Source of the DNA: Camelus ferus
Lineage: Eukaryota
Length of the DNA: 64,000 nucleotides
NCBI RefSeq assembly: GCF_009834535.1
Contig: NC_045696.1
Coordinates: 108,750,001 to 108,814,000 of the forward strand
Direction of reading: 5' to 3'
The notes beneath the pieces were generated by a model. The model did not search any database, was not told the DNA's origin, and was given only the letters and a program-made list of their open reading frames with translations. Both the position numbers and the translations under genes were made by a program. The first letter of the stretch is position 1, and every line of letters starts with the position of its first letter. Positions 13,705-26,045 of the stretch are shown piece by piece.

Positions 13705-14110
13705 GAAGAATTGAGCATCTGCTACATCCCCCAGTAGTAGTCTAGGTGTTGGTGTGACCCAGCAGTGACCAAGAGACAAAGTCCCTGCCCTCAAGGGCCT
13801 GACAATCTAATAAAGCAAACCAGAGGGTGAGCATGCAAACAAATGAGTAAGACAAAGTTGGACAGCATCAAACATTACTGAGAAGCAGGTAAGGGGTTAA
13901 CGAGTGACAGCTGGCAGTGGGGTCGTCAGAGGTCTCCTTTTGGGCAAAGATCAGAATGACACTCAGTAGCCATCAGACTGAAGGGCACATGGGAGAGGAG
14001 CATTCCAGGCTCCAGGAACAAGAACAAACTCTCTGGAGCCAGAGTGTGCCTGGCACGTTGCCAAGAAAGTCAGGAGGCCAGGGTAGCTGCCAAATTGCAC
14101 AGCGCAGGGG
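13705..14110 (-). mobile_element. LINE-2 relic
   Basis: TTGAGCATCTGCTAC...CAGCAGTGACCAAGAGACAAAGTCCCTGCCCTCAAGGGCCTGACAATCTA...GAGCATTCCAGGC. Confidence 0.7.
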
Positions 14111-14194
14111 GCAGTTGGGAGGAGGTGAGGCGGGAGAGGTCGCCGGGGGCAGGAGGACCCCACCTCTGCCAAGTACAGATCTGCCACCGCACGC

Positions 14195-14340
14195 ACCTTT
14201 CTGAGCTTTGGTTTCCTCATCTGCAGAATACTGTTTACCCTGCAGGGTGTCACAAGGACTCAAAGATCACATAAGACATCATCCAGGCCGTGCCTGCACG
14301 TAACTACCATTCACTAGGTACCGATTATTCTTGTTACTAT
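14195..14340 (+). mobile_element. MIR
   Basis: ACCTTTCTGAGCTTTGGTTTCCTCATCTGCAGAAT...GTGCCTGCACGTAA...ATTATT. Confidence 0.6.
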
Positions 14341-14487
14341 CCGCAGCGGCAGCAGCTCTGTTATGTGAACCTCAGGATCCGCCTCTGGCTAACGCATCAG
14401 AGTGTCAAAATCATCTTTTCCACCTTAGATAAATAACTCCGCCCTTGGGTCAGCAGAACATAGGGACTAAACTAAACTCAGGGCAGC

Positions 14488-14585
14488 GGGGGGGGGGGGG
14501 GGGGGGAGGGTATAGCTCCGTGGCAGAGCGTGTGCTTAGCATGCACGAGGTCAGGGGTTCAATCCCCAGTATCTCCATTAAAAAA
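14488..14585 (+). mobile_element. tRNA-Ala-derived SINE (Vic-1-like) with expanded 5' G19 run
   Basis: GGGGAGGGTATAGCTCCGTGGCAGAGCGTGTGCTTAGCATGCACGAGGTCAGGGGTTCAATCCCCAGTATCTCCATTAAAAAA. It has Pol III A-box (about 14513-14523) and B-box (about 14556-14566) motifs, and two other copies occur in the window. Confidence 0.88.
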
Positions 14586-14714
14586 TAATAATCTATAATG
14601 AAAAAGAATATGAAAAGGAACATATGCATGTACATGTATGACTGAGACAGTACGCTGTACACCAGAAATTGACACATCATAAACTGACTATACTTCAATG
14701 AAAAAAAAAAAAAA
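14586..14714 (+). mobile_element. L1 extreme 3' end (artiodactyl-type) with poly(A), directly fused to the SINE
   Basis: Aligns by eye with 59177-59305 (GAAAAAGAATATGAAA...TGTATGACTG...GAAATTGACA...ACTGACT...AAAAA) and ends in A14. Confidence 0.8.
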
Positions 14715-15959
14715 GCTGAACTTGATCTCCTTGCAGACCCACTGAGACAGCCGGCATCCCCTCCCCAGGGCTCCTCCCAGAACCTCCAAGGCTTCTTCTG
14801 GGCAGGTTTCAGTAGGGACCCCCCTCCACCTCTTCTCTCAACCAGGCAATCCCTGACAGCCACCACTCAGACCACAAGGAGACAAAACCGGACACAGCTC
14901 ACAGGCTCTGGTCCCGTTCAGCTGTCCATATCCGGGCACAGACTTTAGTTTGAAGGAATCTACTATCTTGCCAACAGTCACCACCACCATGCCCCGTGGG
15001 ACCCTAACTCCCCTGGCACTGCTCCGTCAGAGGAAACCCAAAGACGCACTTTCAGCCCCCCAGTTAGAGCAGGCTGCTCTCCGAGCAAGAAGCCCACGGA
15101 GGCCCCGGGCAGCACACCACTGCCCAGGGCCCACAGGGGCCCAGAGACCCTTCCCGGCAGCAGACTGCCCACACTGGGCTGAAGCCATCCCACCGACCGG
15201 CCCGGCCTGGATCCCAAGGACACGGCTCCTGCGGAGACAGTAAACTAAGCCTGAAGGACCTCCGATATTAGACAAGCTCAAGGGCTAATTAAAATGTAAA
15301 ATGTGGTCCACGGGGCATAAATTCCTACAAGCCCAGAGGGATCGACCATTTAGTACAGCGACCAAGCAAGGCAGCCATTCGCTCAGGGGCTCCCCTGAGG
15401 GCTGCAAGCCCCAGCTCACCTCCCAGCATGCTGAATTCACCTCCCAGCTGTGCTGGGCTGGGAGGACACCAGAGGCCCCTATTTGGTACCACGGCCCACA
15501 CCGTGGGCCAAGAGGCTGGGTGCCTGGCCGAGAGTGGGCCCTGCTTCTGAGAGCCCAGAGCTTCCAAAAAGCCCAAAGTGATAACTTTTCTACAGTCTTT
15601 CCTCACCTGCTCCCTGAGATGAATAAGAGCCGGGGAGGAGGAGGGACACGATAACATGGAAAGAGGAGGGAAAACATACTCACTGGGTCCCAGTGCAGTC
15701 TCTAAGGGTCTCTGCAAAATCCTGCTGGCAACTTGGATGGTGGAAAAACGTCAGAAATGCTGTGTGGAACTGGGAGTGAGAGAAAAGGCCCCAAGCCTAA
15801 TAGATCCAGATTGCTTGGAAGGAGGGGTTTGCGCTGACTAACAAAGGGTTGGGATTAAGAAGCACTGGGGTCACCCTCCCTGATCCTGAGCCCTGGAGGT
15901 CGTGGTGACCCCTGGCTTAGCCCAGGAGTTCAATTCACAGACCACGGAGTCAGCCAGAC

Positions 15960-16095
15960 CCAGCCGTGTGACACGGTCATGTCTTTCTTTCAACATCCCT
16001 GAACCTCGGTTTCCTCCTCTACCAGAGGGATACCCAGAAACCCTACCTCACCAGACAGTCGTGAGGATTAAATGTGATCAGGCACATAAAATACT
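15960..16095 (+). mobile_element. MIR
   Basis: TGTGAC...AACATCCCTGAACCTCGGTTTCCTCCTCT...CCTACCTCAC...GTCGTGAGGATTAAATGTGATCA. Confidence 0.7.
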
Positions 16096-16279
16096 TCAAC
16101 CGGGATAAGAGACCCCGGTGAGTCAGCTGTTCTGGACATCAGCCCTCCAGATACGCGGGCTGAGCCTCTCTGAGCACCAGGCATCTTTCTTTCCTTGAAA
16201 GTCTTGCCCTCCTTCCATGACATGTATGACCTACGACCCCCTCCTGTCTGGCTGTCCGCACCTGTGCGTCATCTTCGGA

Positions 16280-16357
16280 GTGTGCACGCATGCACGTCTG
16301 TGTGCATATGTGTGCGTGCATGTGCATGCCTGAGAGTGCGTGGGTGGGTGGGTGGGT
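16280..16357. repeat. Degenerate (TG/CA/CG)n tract followed by (GGGT)4
   Basis: GTGTGCACGCATGCACGTCTGTGTGCATATGTGTGCGTGCATGTGCATG...TGGGTGGGTGGGTGGGT. Confidence 0.75.
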
Positions 16358-17730
16358 AGCCGGGGTGCTGGCCTGGGTGCCCTCTCTTGGGTATATGCTC
16401 TGCCTACTTCCAGCCAGTGAGCACCCCTCTCCACTTGGAGATCCCATGCTCCTGGCCGTGGGAGCCCCCTTAGTAGAGCTAGGCCAGCCTGCCCGGCCCG
16501 AGGTCCAGATGGCTCGCATCTCTGCCTCCTGGCACATTTCACACCCGGGTCTCCGCCAGCACGCCAGGGAAAACACTGCAGGCTTGTGCCTCGGGAGGGG
16601 CTCCTTGTCCGCAGCACCAGGGCCACCGCAACCGCCACCAGGCAGCAGCATATCGTACCAGGCCCTGCCTGGAGTGGGGTCCTCAGCCCTGATGACAGCT
16701 GCTGCTGCTGTTGACACTGAAACAGTGACAAATTCATCCCTCTGACAAGATCCCTTTAAATAATTCACAGGGAGCTGAGGATTAAGACACTGTTTCTCTC
16801 TGTCTCTGTTGAGATTTAAAACACCTCCAGCTGGGGTATTTAAAGAGCGGATAATGGGCTGCCCCTCTTGGGTCTCCCCTCCTGCTTCCCTCCTCTTTCC
16901 CATTTCCCAAACTCATGCCCCCACCCCACCAGCCAGCCTCATAACAAGGAGGCCCAGAAAACAAGAAAGGAAAAAAAATAAAAAGGAGGGAACCAAAGCA
17001 GTGCTTGGCTGGTCACTATGGCAACCGTGGCAGGGTATTCAGCTGTCATTATCCCAGTGCCTCACACATGTGATTATCTTAAGCTGTCGATTGAATGTGG
17101 TCCTTGCTGCTGCCCAACAAGGCCTTGTCGAACGAGGCAGGGGTGGGAGCAGCGGGCCCCCGACTCCACCAGCCTGGTACTGCTCTGCCCGGACAGACCT
17201 GGGCTCCTTTGATTGGGAGCAGTTACCCCTGGAAGAGACTGATGGCATTTTCCATTCTTCCACCAAGGCGGAGGAAACGGGCTCTTCATCCCATGAGTGC
17301 AGAGTTTTGATTGCACATGGGCCAGGCTGGCTGTGGCCTGCTGGAGCCGTCCTGGAGACAAGGGAGCAAGCCACGGGGGAGGAAGAGACTGGCCTTCCTA
17401 GCAGAGCTCTTGGCATCATTCCTGTTCTCAGGGTGCAGGAAAATCAAATCTGGCCTGGGAAGGCGACACACTCCCCCTCCATCCTGTCTCCGCCCCAACT
17501 GTGGGAATGTGGCCACTGTAGTGTGACCCACTTCAGGGGACTTTTTCCTGGGACTGTGGCTGCTGGAGCTTGGTCCTGGGAAGCCTGGGGAGGACTTGGA
17601 GCTCATGCCTTTGCCGCCTGGACTTTACTACAGATTGTCTCTGGGGTGAGGCTCCCAGGTCTACCAACATTCTTTAAATGACATGATCACTGGCCATCGT
17701 GACCAGGCATCCCTCCTTCTGGGCACCAGC

Positions 17731-17873
17731 CCCCAACTAGGCATCACCTCCCAAGTAGGCATCACCCCCAAGTAGGCATCACCCCCCAAGTAGACATCAC
17801 CTCCCAAGTAGGCATCACCCCCCAGCTAGGCATCACCCCCCAGCTAGGCATCACCCCCCAAGTAGGCATCACC
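17731..17873. repeat. Minisatellite: 8 tandem copies of an ~18-bp unit (C/T)CCCA(AG/GC/AC)TAGGCATCACC
   Basis: Units were read directly, starting at 17731, 17749, 17767 (17 bp), 17784, 17802, 17820, 17838 and 17856. There are no spacers. Confidence 0.95.
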
Positions 17874-20800
17874 CCTACCAGGTACCACCTCCCACTAGGC
17901 GCACTCCAAGTTCTCCATTGTTCCTTTAAAAACTCGGCTCCCAGAATAAGCCCATTGTAACAGATGTGCTCAGGCCAGCACAGCACACAGTGGGGTCACC
18001 GTGCCCCATGACTTGCACCTGGATTGCTCCAAATACCACCAACTCAGTCCAGCCTTTTCTGCACCTGCATCATGTGATCAGTCCTCGTGAACATGCAGCC
18101 AGCCACACGCAAGCCCCCACCACCAGAGGCACTGCCCACCTGGGTCACCCCTGACTTATTGCCCACAGTGACCTGTTTGTACCTAAACCCAAGCATGGAC
18201 CATTACCACTGACCATGTCAGTTTGAAGGCACAGCTCTCACTCAGCAAGGCAAGCCTGAATCTGGACTCCAACATCTTTCAAGCTAGTTGTCCTTTGTGA
18301 CACCAGGAAATGTGCTGGATGTGCCTGTCTCTACCAGGAAGAGTGGGGACAGATGCATAGAGATGAGGCTGTCATGACTAGACACTCCCCTATCCTATCA
18401 GCGGAGGAGCACCGCAAATGGAGGAGGGGCTGGTTCAGCAGAACTGGCACGGAGTCGGCTGGACGGGAAACAGCAGCTCACGGAGGCCCCTCCCATCTCT
18501 CCTGTCCCCGGAGTCCTCATTTCCTGAGCATCTGCCAAGCCCTGGAGGCGGGAGCTGACCACAGGCTCCTCCATCACCCCGGAGCTGGCCCACCCCAGGA
18601 ACCACCTGTGTCCCACTCTGGGTCCCTGGCCAGGCCTCACCTGCTCTGGGAGCAGGGCCGCCCCCTTAAGTCTCCTCCTGGACCTGCTACTCTCTGCCTC
18701 CAAACTCCACAAAGCGCCTGCCCCACCCCTCCCCATATAGCTTGCTTTAAAAAGCAATTCCTGGCACAGGGCTTTCAAACCAATCCTTTCCTTTTGTAGA
18801 AAACTGGGAAACCTTTGTCTCTTTTTACCCCTGTTCTCCGGTTTCTCAATAATCTGTGACTCTGGGATCCCTCTCTCACACTCATCCAGGGACAGAAGTA
18901 CAAGGGTGAGCTCTGTGGTCACACAGGCCTGGGACCAGTAAGATGCACTGTAAGATGGGAGAAATACCACGCAGCTTGCGGGGTCCTGGTGAGAACTCGG
19001 CGAGGTGATACAAGTGATGTCAGTGCCTGGTGCCCCGCTGGCACCGAATTAACAGCAACGAGGAGCAGCAGCAGTGATCACTGTTACTAACAATCGCACT
19101 GTCAGTAACAGCACCTCTGACGGCATTCACGCACGAGCCCCAGCCTAACAGAGAGGCTGGAAAGCTGACCTCGCATCTCAGGGTCCCCCTCCTCAGTTCC
19201 CTTCTCATCACACCCAAGGTCAGTCCCACAAGCAAGAGTCACTGGAACCACCAGGACTAGTCACAGGGCAAATGGTGTGGACTGAGCTCTAGAGCTTACA
19301 AAGAAGGTAAACAGTGTATGCTGCTAACCACTGTGTAAATACCATCTTCCATTACCCTCGTGATAGGGGCAGAAGATGGGCTCAGAGAAGCTAAAGAACG
19401 TAGAGGAAAACGGAAATAGACCCAGCACATTAGATTCCAAACCCTGGGCTTGCCCCTTGATGCTACCGGAAGTACCTTGGGATGTAGGCCACACGGTTCT
19501 AACACTTTGAGCTGGAGGTGAGGCTGAAGGTATATCCCAGTGCTGCCCTGTTCCCACTGAAGCCAGACTAGCCCTTCCTGAACCATCTGTTTTCTGCCCA
19601 CTCTGACCCATCCTGTCTCCATCCGTTCTCCTCCTCTCCATCTTTTCCAGGCCTCTTAACTCTGCCTCGCTTCCCTTCAAATGCTCCATCCTCCCCAATA
19701 ATACACTTCTTTCCTTCACCAAGGAGACCAGTGAGGAGCTGTGAGTTCAGGCTGTCAGGACAACGATCCCCTGTGGACCCCCTCAGCTCCCTCCCACTGC
19801 CCGTGTTGGGCACCTGCTTCCTTCCAGGGCCCCAAGGGCCACCTCAGCCTGAGAAGAGCTGTCATGAGGCAGTTGGTCCTCCAGACTCACATCCCAGCAG
19901 AATGGTTTCCAGGCTCAGGGGGACCACCTTCCTCGGGAAGATTTTAGAGAAAAGACACCTGTCTGTCCGGCCAGATGAGGGTTAAGCCTGCCTCTGAGAG
20001 GGAGAAGGGGGTCTGGGTGACCTGTGGTGTTCCCTCCCAGATTCTGCAGACACAAATATCTCCTGCTCTGCTGATGAATGAGTCTGTGAGCCATTTCCAA
20101 GAGCAAGAAAATAAATCTGCCAAGCAGAAGGTTCTGGTGAACCACCACGACTCCCAAATTTCTTTAACATGGCAAGCCAGGGAGTCTTCTCTCCCTCAGT
20201 CACTCTCTGTCTCCCTCCACCCACAGCCCTCCCCAACCAGCAAACACACAGTCATACCTGGTGTATTTCTGCAACCTGTGTAGTCATTGACAGTCTACTC
20301 AATGTGACAATTAATAGGAAGCCCAGTGACAGTGGTCATCTGTCATATTTCAAACATCTCTCCATCAAAGGCACAGACATCCCACAAAAGAGCTCACACA
20401 ACAGCCCCATGACACAGGAGCAACCACAAATGTGAAGCCAGGCCGAACAGTGCCCTTGCCCAGCCCACCTCTCCTCCCCTGGGACCCACCAGCCTCAGCC
20501 AATGCCCCCACCCACCCCGCCAGGCTGTCATTCTTCCCAGAGCAACACATGAACCCTCTGGACCGCCTTCCATCTCCCCAGGGCCCCACCGCCACGGCCC
20601 TGTCCTGAGCCCCCAGACCTTTGTCTATCACTGTCTCTGTCAAGCAGATGATTTTAAACTTCCATTCCTAAAAGACGCGTATTATATTAAAAAAAAAATG
20701 TTTTAAGTGCTTCGGGGTGTTTTGTTCCTCATTGCTTCATAAAAGTGACATTAATAGCCGGGGAAGAGCACTGCTGAGTGCAATTACAGAGGATGTTTCA

Positions 20801-21264
20801 GGTATGAAAGCTGTTTTGAGCCTGCTAATGTTTCCTAATTACAGGCCTTTTGGTAGCGAGAGAAAAAGATAAAGAGTGGGTGGGAGGCCCAGGGTGGGAG
20901 CTCTGACTTATCTCAGGGGTTTACCTGGAGAGGGCAGGGGAGCGGAGGGGAGGGGAGGGGAGAGGGAGGAGGGCGGTCAGAGGCCCGCCTGCTGGGAGGC
21001 AAGGCCCCTCCCGGGGAGAGAGCAGTCCTAATTCCTGGGTAACAGCTCAGGAAAGGAAATCACCCGCATCCTGAACTGCGAGAAAAGACCTTTTAGATAC
21101 TGAGCCCGAATTCGCCAACTCAAGCTGGAAGTTCCTTCTGGAGATGCCACCCTCTGGAGACACCAGCGGCAGCGGGCAGGCCAGCATCTCACTAGGAAAG
21201 AGGATGCAGCGTGGCGGGCAGGAGAGCACGCTGCAGGAGGGTAGATGTGAGCACCCGCACTTTC

Positions 21265-21345
21265 TAGCTATGTGCCCAGAGGCAACTTAACTGCGGTTCT
21301 CTGCCTCCGTTTCCTCACCAGTAAAATGGGGCTGTTGTAAGGACT
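21265..21345 (+). mobile_element. MIR core
   Basis: TCTCTGCCTCCGTTTCCTCACCAGTAAAATGGGGCTGTTGTAAGGACT. Confidence 0.65.
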
Positions 21346-21359
21346 GATGTGTGCCTGGC

Positions 21360-21908
21360 TGTGTTCCCTGCCCAGCACCTATTCAGCTTTCTGGTACCTA
21401 TATCCCACTTCCTTCTGGGAGGTGACTCCCTCCAGGTTTTCAGTCCAAGGTTTCTGGTAGGCTCAGCACAACACAAGAGTGGAGCATAGGACCTGGGAGT
21501 ACCAAGCATGCAGCACTTTGCATGTCCTGGATTCAGGGACTGAATCTGGGCAAGGTGGGAGTCAAGTTGAGCCAGTCAAGCCCATTCAGAGCTAATTCCA
21601 GGGCTTCTGCTGGGGGGACCAGAAGGAGGTGTTTGCTCTTACCTAGGGGGTGTGGAAGGATGAGGTTGTAAGGGCTGGAGCTGCTGCAGCCTTCTTACGA
21701 CCAAGAGGAGACTCAAAATAGAGCCAACACAAGGCGAGTAGAGAGAGGAGAAAGGGAATGGGAAGAGACAGAGATTGATCCTAAGGATCTGGAACTACAT
21801 GAAGCCACATCCGCCCCTGGATCATTCTGTGACAGGAGCCCAGATATCTCCTTTAAGATTCACTTGTGCTTTTCTGTCACGAGCCACCAGGAAGCCCTGA
21901 CTGATACA
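21360..21908 (+). mobile_element. Ancient MaLR LTR (MLT1K/MLT1J class)
   Basis: GGCTGGAGCTGCTGCAGCCTTCTT...GAGCCAACAC...CATGAAGCCA...TTTTCTGTCAC...CCCTGACTGATACA terminus. The 5' boundary is uncertain. Confidence 0.7.
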
Positions 21909-22808
21909 AAAGCATGGCTCCCAGCAATGTCACCAGGTCAAAGGCCCCCAGGTCCTCACCGGTCTGAGAAAGGATGACGAAGCCACCCCCCTCTGCCTGC
22001 CTGCCCCTGGCATGGCCAGAAACTCAAAACCCGTACAACTCCATTCACAAAATCATCTTGCCCAGAGCTAAATGTCTCTTGGATTTGCCTAATTTAGCTC
22101 AGGCTTTTCTGTCTTAATTAGCATGATTGAGTCATCAGAGGAAGAAAAGAGAAAATCTAGGCCTTCAGAGGGTTAGTACCACGCTAAGACTTCCTAAGAG
22201 CTAACCCAGGAAAACATTTTACCAACACTGTTTCATATGTGGAGCAAGTGTGCATCCTTACCCCACTGAGCAGAGGAGGAAACAGGGACCGAAGGAGCCT
22301 GCACGATGGGCCTGAGACCACAGAGCCAGGGAGCTGCAGAGCAGGAACAGGAGCCGGCTTCTTGGATGCCAAGGCCTGAAACCTTCACTGGGACTCCATA
22401 AGCCTCTCATCCATCAGACCAGATAAATTTCAATTGATTTTGCCTGGCCTTGGAATGAACGGGGTGTTACTAAAGTAGATTTCTCTCCTGAGCACACTGT
22501 CCTAATTCCCACGATGTGGGCAGCTGGAGCTGGCAGACAGGGAGAGGGGAGGCGGTCGGGAGGGTCCCCATGCGGACAAGGAGTGGCTGTGAGGTAAGGC
22601 CCCAGGGTGCCACTCACATGGGCCTGCACCTCGTGTGGGGAATTCATTTATCAGACACAGGCACCCACATGAGTGTTGTTCCCTTCATGCTGGCCTCCCC
22701 GGAAGCTCTCCCCTTAGTCCAATAATCCTCCCGTCGTTTAAGATATTTCCAGAACTCTGAGAACTGCCTGCCTACAGAGGCATGAGGTGAAATCAGCTTA
22801 TTTAACTT

Positions 22809-23017
22809 CATATACACACATATATATACACGTGCACACACATATATGCACATACACATCACATACGCATCAAATATAGATGCAATACATATATACACAC
22901 ATACACACATGTACACATATACAGAAATGCACACACTATCACATATATACACAGACACACAGACACATACACACACACATGCACACACACATGCTCACAC
23001 ACATGCTCACACACACG
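22809..23017. repeat. Degenerate compound (CA)n/(TA)n simple repeat
   Basis: About 200 bp of largely alternating purine-pyrimidine CATATACACACATATATATACAC... Confidence 0.9.
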
Positions 23018-25599
23018 CAGCTCATCCTGAAGGCTCATCAGTCTTGGCTCCAGACTCCTTTTCCATCTTTCCTTTATCAACCCCCATGTCCCACGATGCA
23101 GATTTGCCAATATTAAAGTAGTAAACAGAGTACGTCACAGGCCGTCAAGGGGTTCCAAAGGGCAGTACAGACGGAGCTGGAATCTGGAAGGCCATGGAAC
23201 GCCCTTTGGAGACAACTCAGGTAGATGTTACAGGTAGGTCACGTGTCCCACAGACACAGAGGCCATTAGCGGCCCAGGTGCAAACAGCCCGTGGGCCCTG
23301 GCAAAACTCTGGGAGAGTGAAAGAACTTGCCTGGGGTTCCAACAAGAAAGTCAAATAAGCCTCATTCTCGGGGGGACTCAGGCTTGCCTGAAAGCAAACT
23401 GGGACTTTCTCAGGGGTGTCCTGGTCTCCTCCCTCATACTCATCTCAGGAGAGGTGGCTTCATTTGCATCACTAATTAAGCTCTTTAAAAAGTTACTGAA
23501 AATCAATTGGGTTTTGAGAGGTTACAGCAAACATTTTGCTGAGCTACCATAAAACTAAACTGAGCATCTCCTAAGTTCAGAACCCTGGGTTGAGGATGCA
23601 GGGAAGTAGCTCACTGATTTAGCCAAGAAACATTTACTGGAGCTTGGCCCCTGCTGGACCAGTGCTGAGCACCAGGGACAGAGAGGAAGCCACTTCATTC
23701 TCCATTCAGAGAGAAACCACACATCGACACAGATTTAGCTCACAAAGTGAAGGATGGTAGGTTCGAAGTTGACACCAAGCCCTCTGCTTTGGGAAGGGGC
23801 CCGACCGCAAAGTCCTGGTGGGGGTGGGCATCCAGGAGGGCTCCCTGGGGAAGAAGAACAGAGCTGACACCTGAAGGACAGAGAGTGGTGCAGGGAGGGA
23901 GGGTAGGGGAAAAGGAAAAGGGGGGAGAGGGCCAGGCAGCATCCAGAAACTGGGCGGCCTGCTGAGAGGGGACTGTGCAGCCACGAAGACTAGCGCTTCC
24001 CGAGCGCTACCCATGGCTGGGCACCACCCGCCTCAGTGTTGACCTTGGGACCTCTCTGAGCAACCCCACTGCCCAGAGCTCCTGTCATGTGAAGGTCAGG
24101 GCCCTTTTGAAGCAATGCTGGAAGCAAGGGTTTGGGAGAAGTAACGGAAGGGAGGAGCAAGGGGTCAGCAGGGTCATGGGCAAGGGTTCCAGGATGCTCT
24201 CTGGTGGGCACTCAGCCCCTCCCTGGCATTTGTTACTTTCTCCCTCTGCTCACCAGGTGGCCTCTGATTCAGGTTAAACCTAAAGGCTTTAAATTAAAGC
24301 CACAATTAGATTATAAGCAACACTTTGCCATTGGAGTATAAATACTTTGTTTTTGACATGTAATATTATGATCCACTTTCGAGCCATGTAACTGAAAACA
24401 ATTTGCGGGCTACGTGTGGGTGGGCAGTCCTCAAGTACAGTGGTAAAGAAACCCGGTGACCCCATAAAAGGAAGTCTCCCGGCCTCTCCCTGGGGAGCCC
24501 GCCTCACTGTGGGCACGCGCTGTGGATAGGGTTCACTGCAACGCCAGCTGGGCCCCTGGCAGAATCATGCCTCTTCTGGGTGAGGTCAAGCCAGTTCCTC
24601 GGAGACCCACAGGCTATCAGAACAAAACCCGCCCATCCTTCTCTGTCTTAAGCATACATGGTACCCTGACTGCAGGAACTGCCTTTGCCCCCTTTCTGGG
24701 GTGGGCATCCCCATCTCCTCCCACCCTGGATCCCAGGAAAATGTGGACCACCCACCCAGCCTCCTGACTTCTCAGATGCCCAACTCTGGCCCCATTCCCC
24801 AGACTCCTCCATCACCCAGAAGTGCTCTGTGTGTCTTAAATCCAAGCCCCGAAGCGAGGCCACGGCCTCTGGTCCTCCTCCAGTCTCGCTGAGACCTCCA
24901 GCTGGGCCCCTGGACTTTGTCACCATGCTTGGTCCTCGCTGGCTTCACTCTTCTGGTCAGCAGATGCCACGCTGCCAGATGCCAACCTCCTCTCGCCAAA
25001 GCCCTCAGCTCCTTACCCTCCCAGTCCGCGATTCTGGCACAACCATAACTCAGGATGACTCAGCGGCCACACCGCGACCAGGCACACCTGAAAGAGGCCG
25101 GCAGGTCAGGACCGTCACGGGTCACAGCCTACAACCTCAGCTAGGCCCTTACCCCAGCCACGTTCCTTCCAAACACGTCCTGCCAGCCTCTCTCCAACTC
25201 CCCAGCAGCGAGAGAGTCTTCAAACCCTTTCCACCAGCCTCAAACCCGCTACCCAGAACTCCCCACCCTGACTCTCTGAGACTTGCCTCCAACCTCAGAG
25301 AGAAGGCAGGAAGTCAGGAAGCTGGAAGACTTTTCTATTTTAGGGCTTCTGTCACCAACCCCGCATCTCTCTGAGGCTATCTGATCTCTGTTCTGTCATT
25401 TCAATAGAAGAGAAATCCCAGCCCCTGAAGGGCACAGGTGCCCACAGTCTGTTGTTCCCTCCAGCTCCCCTGCTGTCTTCCCTCCCTTTAGAAGCTCCTC
25501 ACCTCCCGCTGACCCTTCAAAGCCCTGCTTTCTGGTCCCTCTGAAAGCATCCACACGGGTCACCAACAGGGTCCTTGTAACCAAGCGCAGTGGAAACAG

Positions 25600-26045
25600 T
25601 CAACGCCAATAGTACTTGTCACTGTTGCCCCCGCTTCTTCCTTCACCCACTCTCCCTTGGCTCCTGTGAGAAGACTGCCTCTTGGTTTTCTCTACCTCCC
25701 AGGCCACTTCTCATCTCCCTTTCTGGCTCCTGTTTCCCTGACACTCCGATCAAGTTACCTATCCAAAGCTCTCACCTCTTTTCCCTCCAAACACTCTTCC
25801 TGGGAGACCGCAGACATACCCTGGGCTTGCCTCCCATCACGTGGGGCTGCCTTCTGGTTCCACTGCCCTTGAGTCAAAAGCTGACGGCGCCCCTGCCGAG
25901 AGTGCCCCAGAAGCACCTCATACTCAACAGGTCACTACTGAACTCAGTCTCTTTCAGCCCAAGCGTGCTCCTCCTCCGGTGTCCCCCATCTCCAGGAATG
26001 ACACCATCTGCCATCCACTTGCTCAAGTCAGGAACTTGCAACAAA
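25600..26045 (+). mobile_element. LINE-2 relic
   Basis: Pyrimidine-rich L2 body: CTCCCTTGGCTCCTGTGA...TCTTGGTTTTCTCTACCTCCCAGGCCAC...CCCCATCTCCAGGAATGACACC...TGCTCAAGTCAGGAACTTG. Confidence 0.6.

Noticed and set aside
14503..14577. tRNA-Ala(AGC) gene (likewise 55515-55590 and 30612-30690)
   Set aside because: The copies are dispersed and diverged, with A-rich tails, TSDs and an altered acceptor stem. They are tRNA-derived SINEs rather than functional tRNA genes.
16139..17681. Long ORFs 16139-16903 (-, 254 aa) and 16809-17681 (+, 290 aa)
   Set aside because: They have non-ATG starts, no recognisable domain and partly simple-repeat-derived composition, consistent with chance ORFs in GC-rich intron. 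A BLASTP or PhyloCSF signal would be needed to reconsider.
17731..17873. CRISPR-like array of short direct repeats
   Set aside because: The units are contiguous with no unique spacers, there are no cas genes, and the context is a mammalian intron. It is a minisatellite. The WGVMPT-repeat ORF 17762-17986 is its by-product.
24685..25374. 229-aa Pro/Ser-rich ORF
   Set aside because: It has a non-ATG start, C-rich compositional bias and no homology I can recognise.
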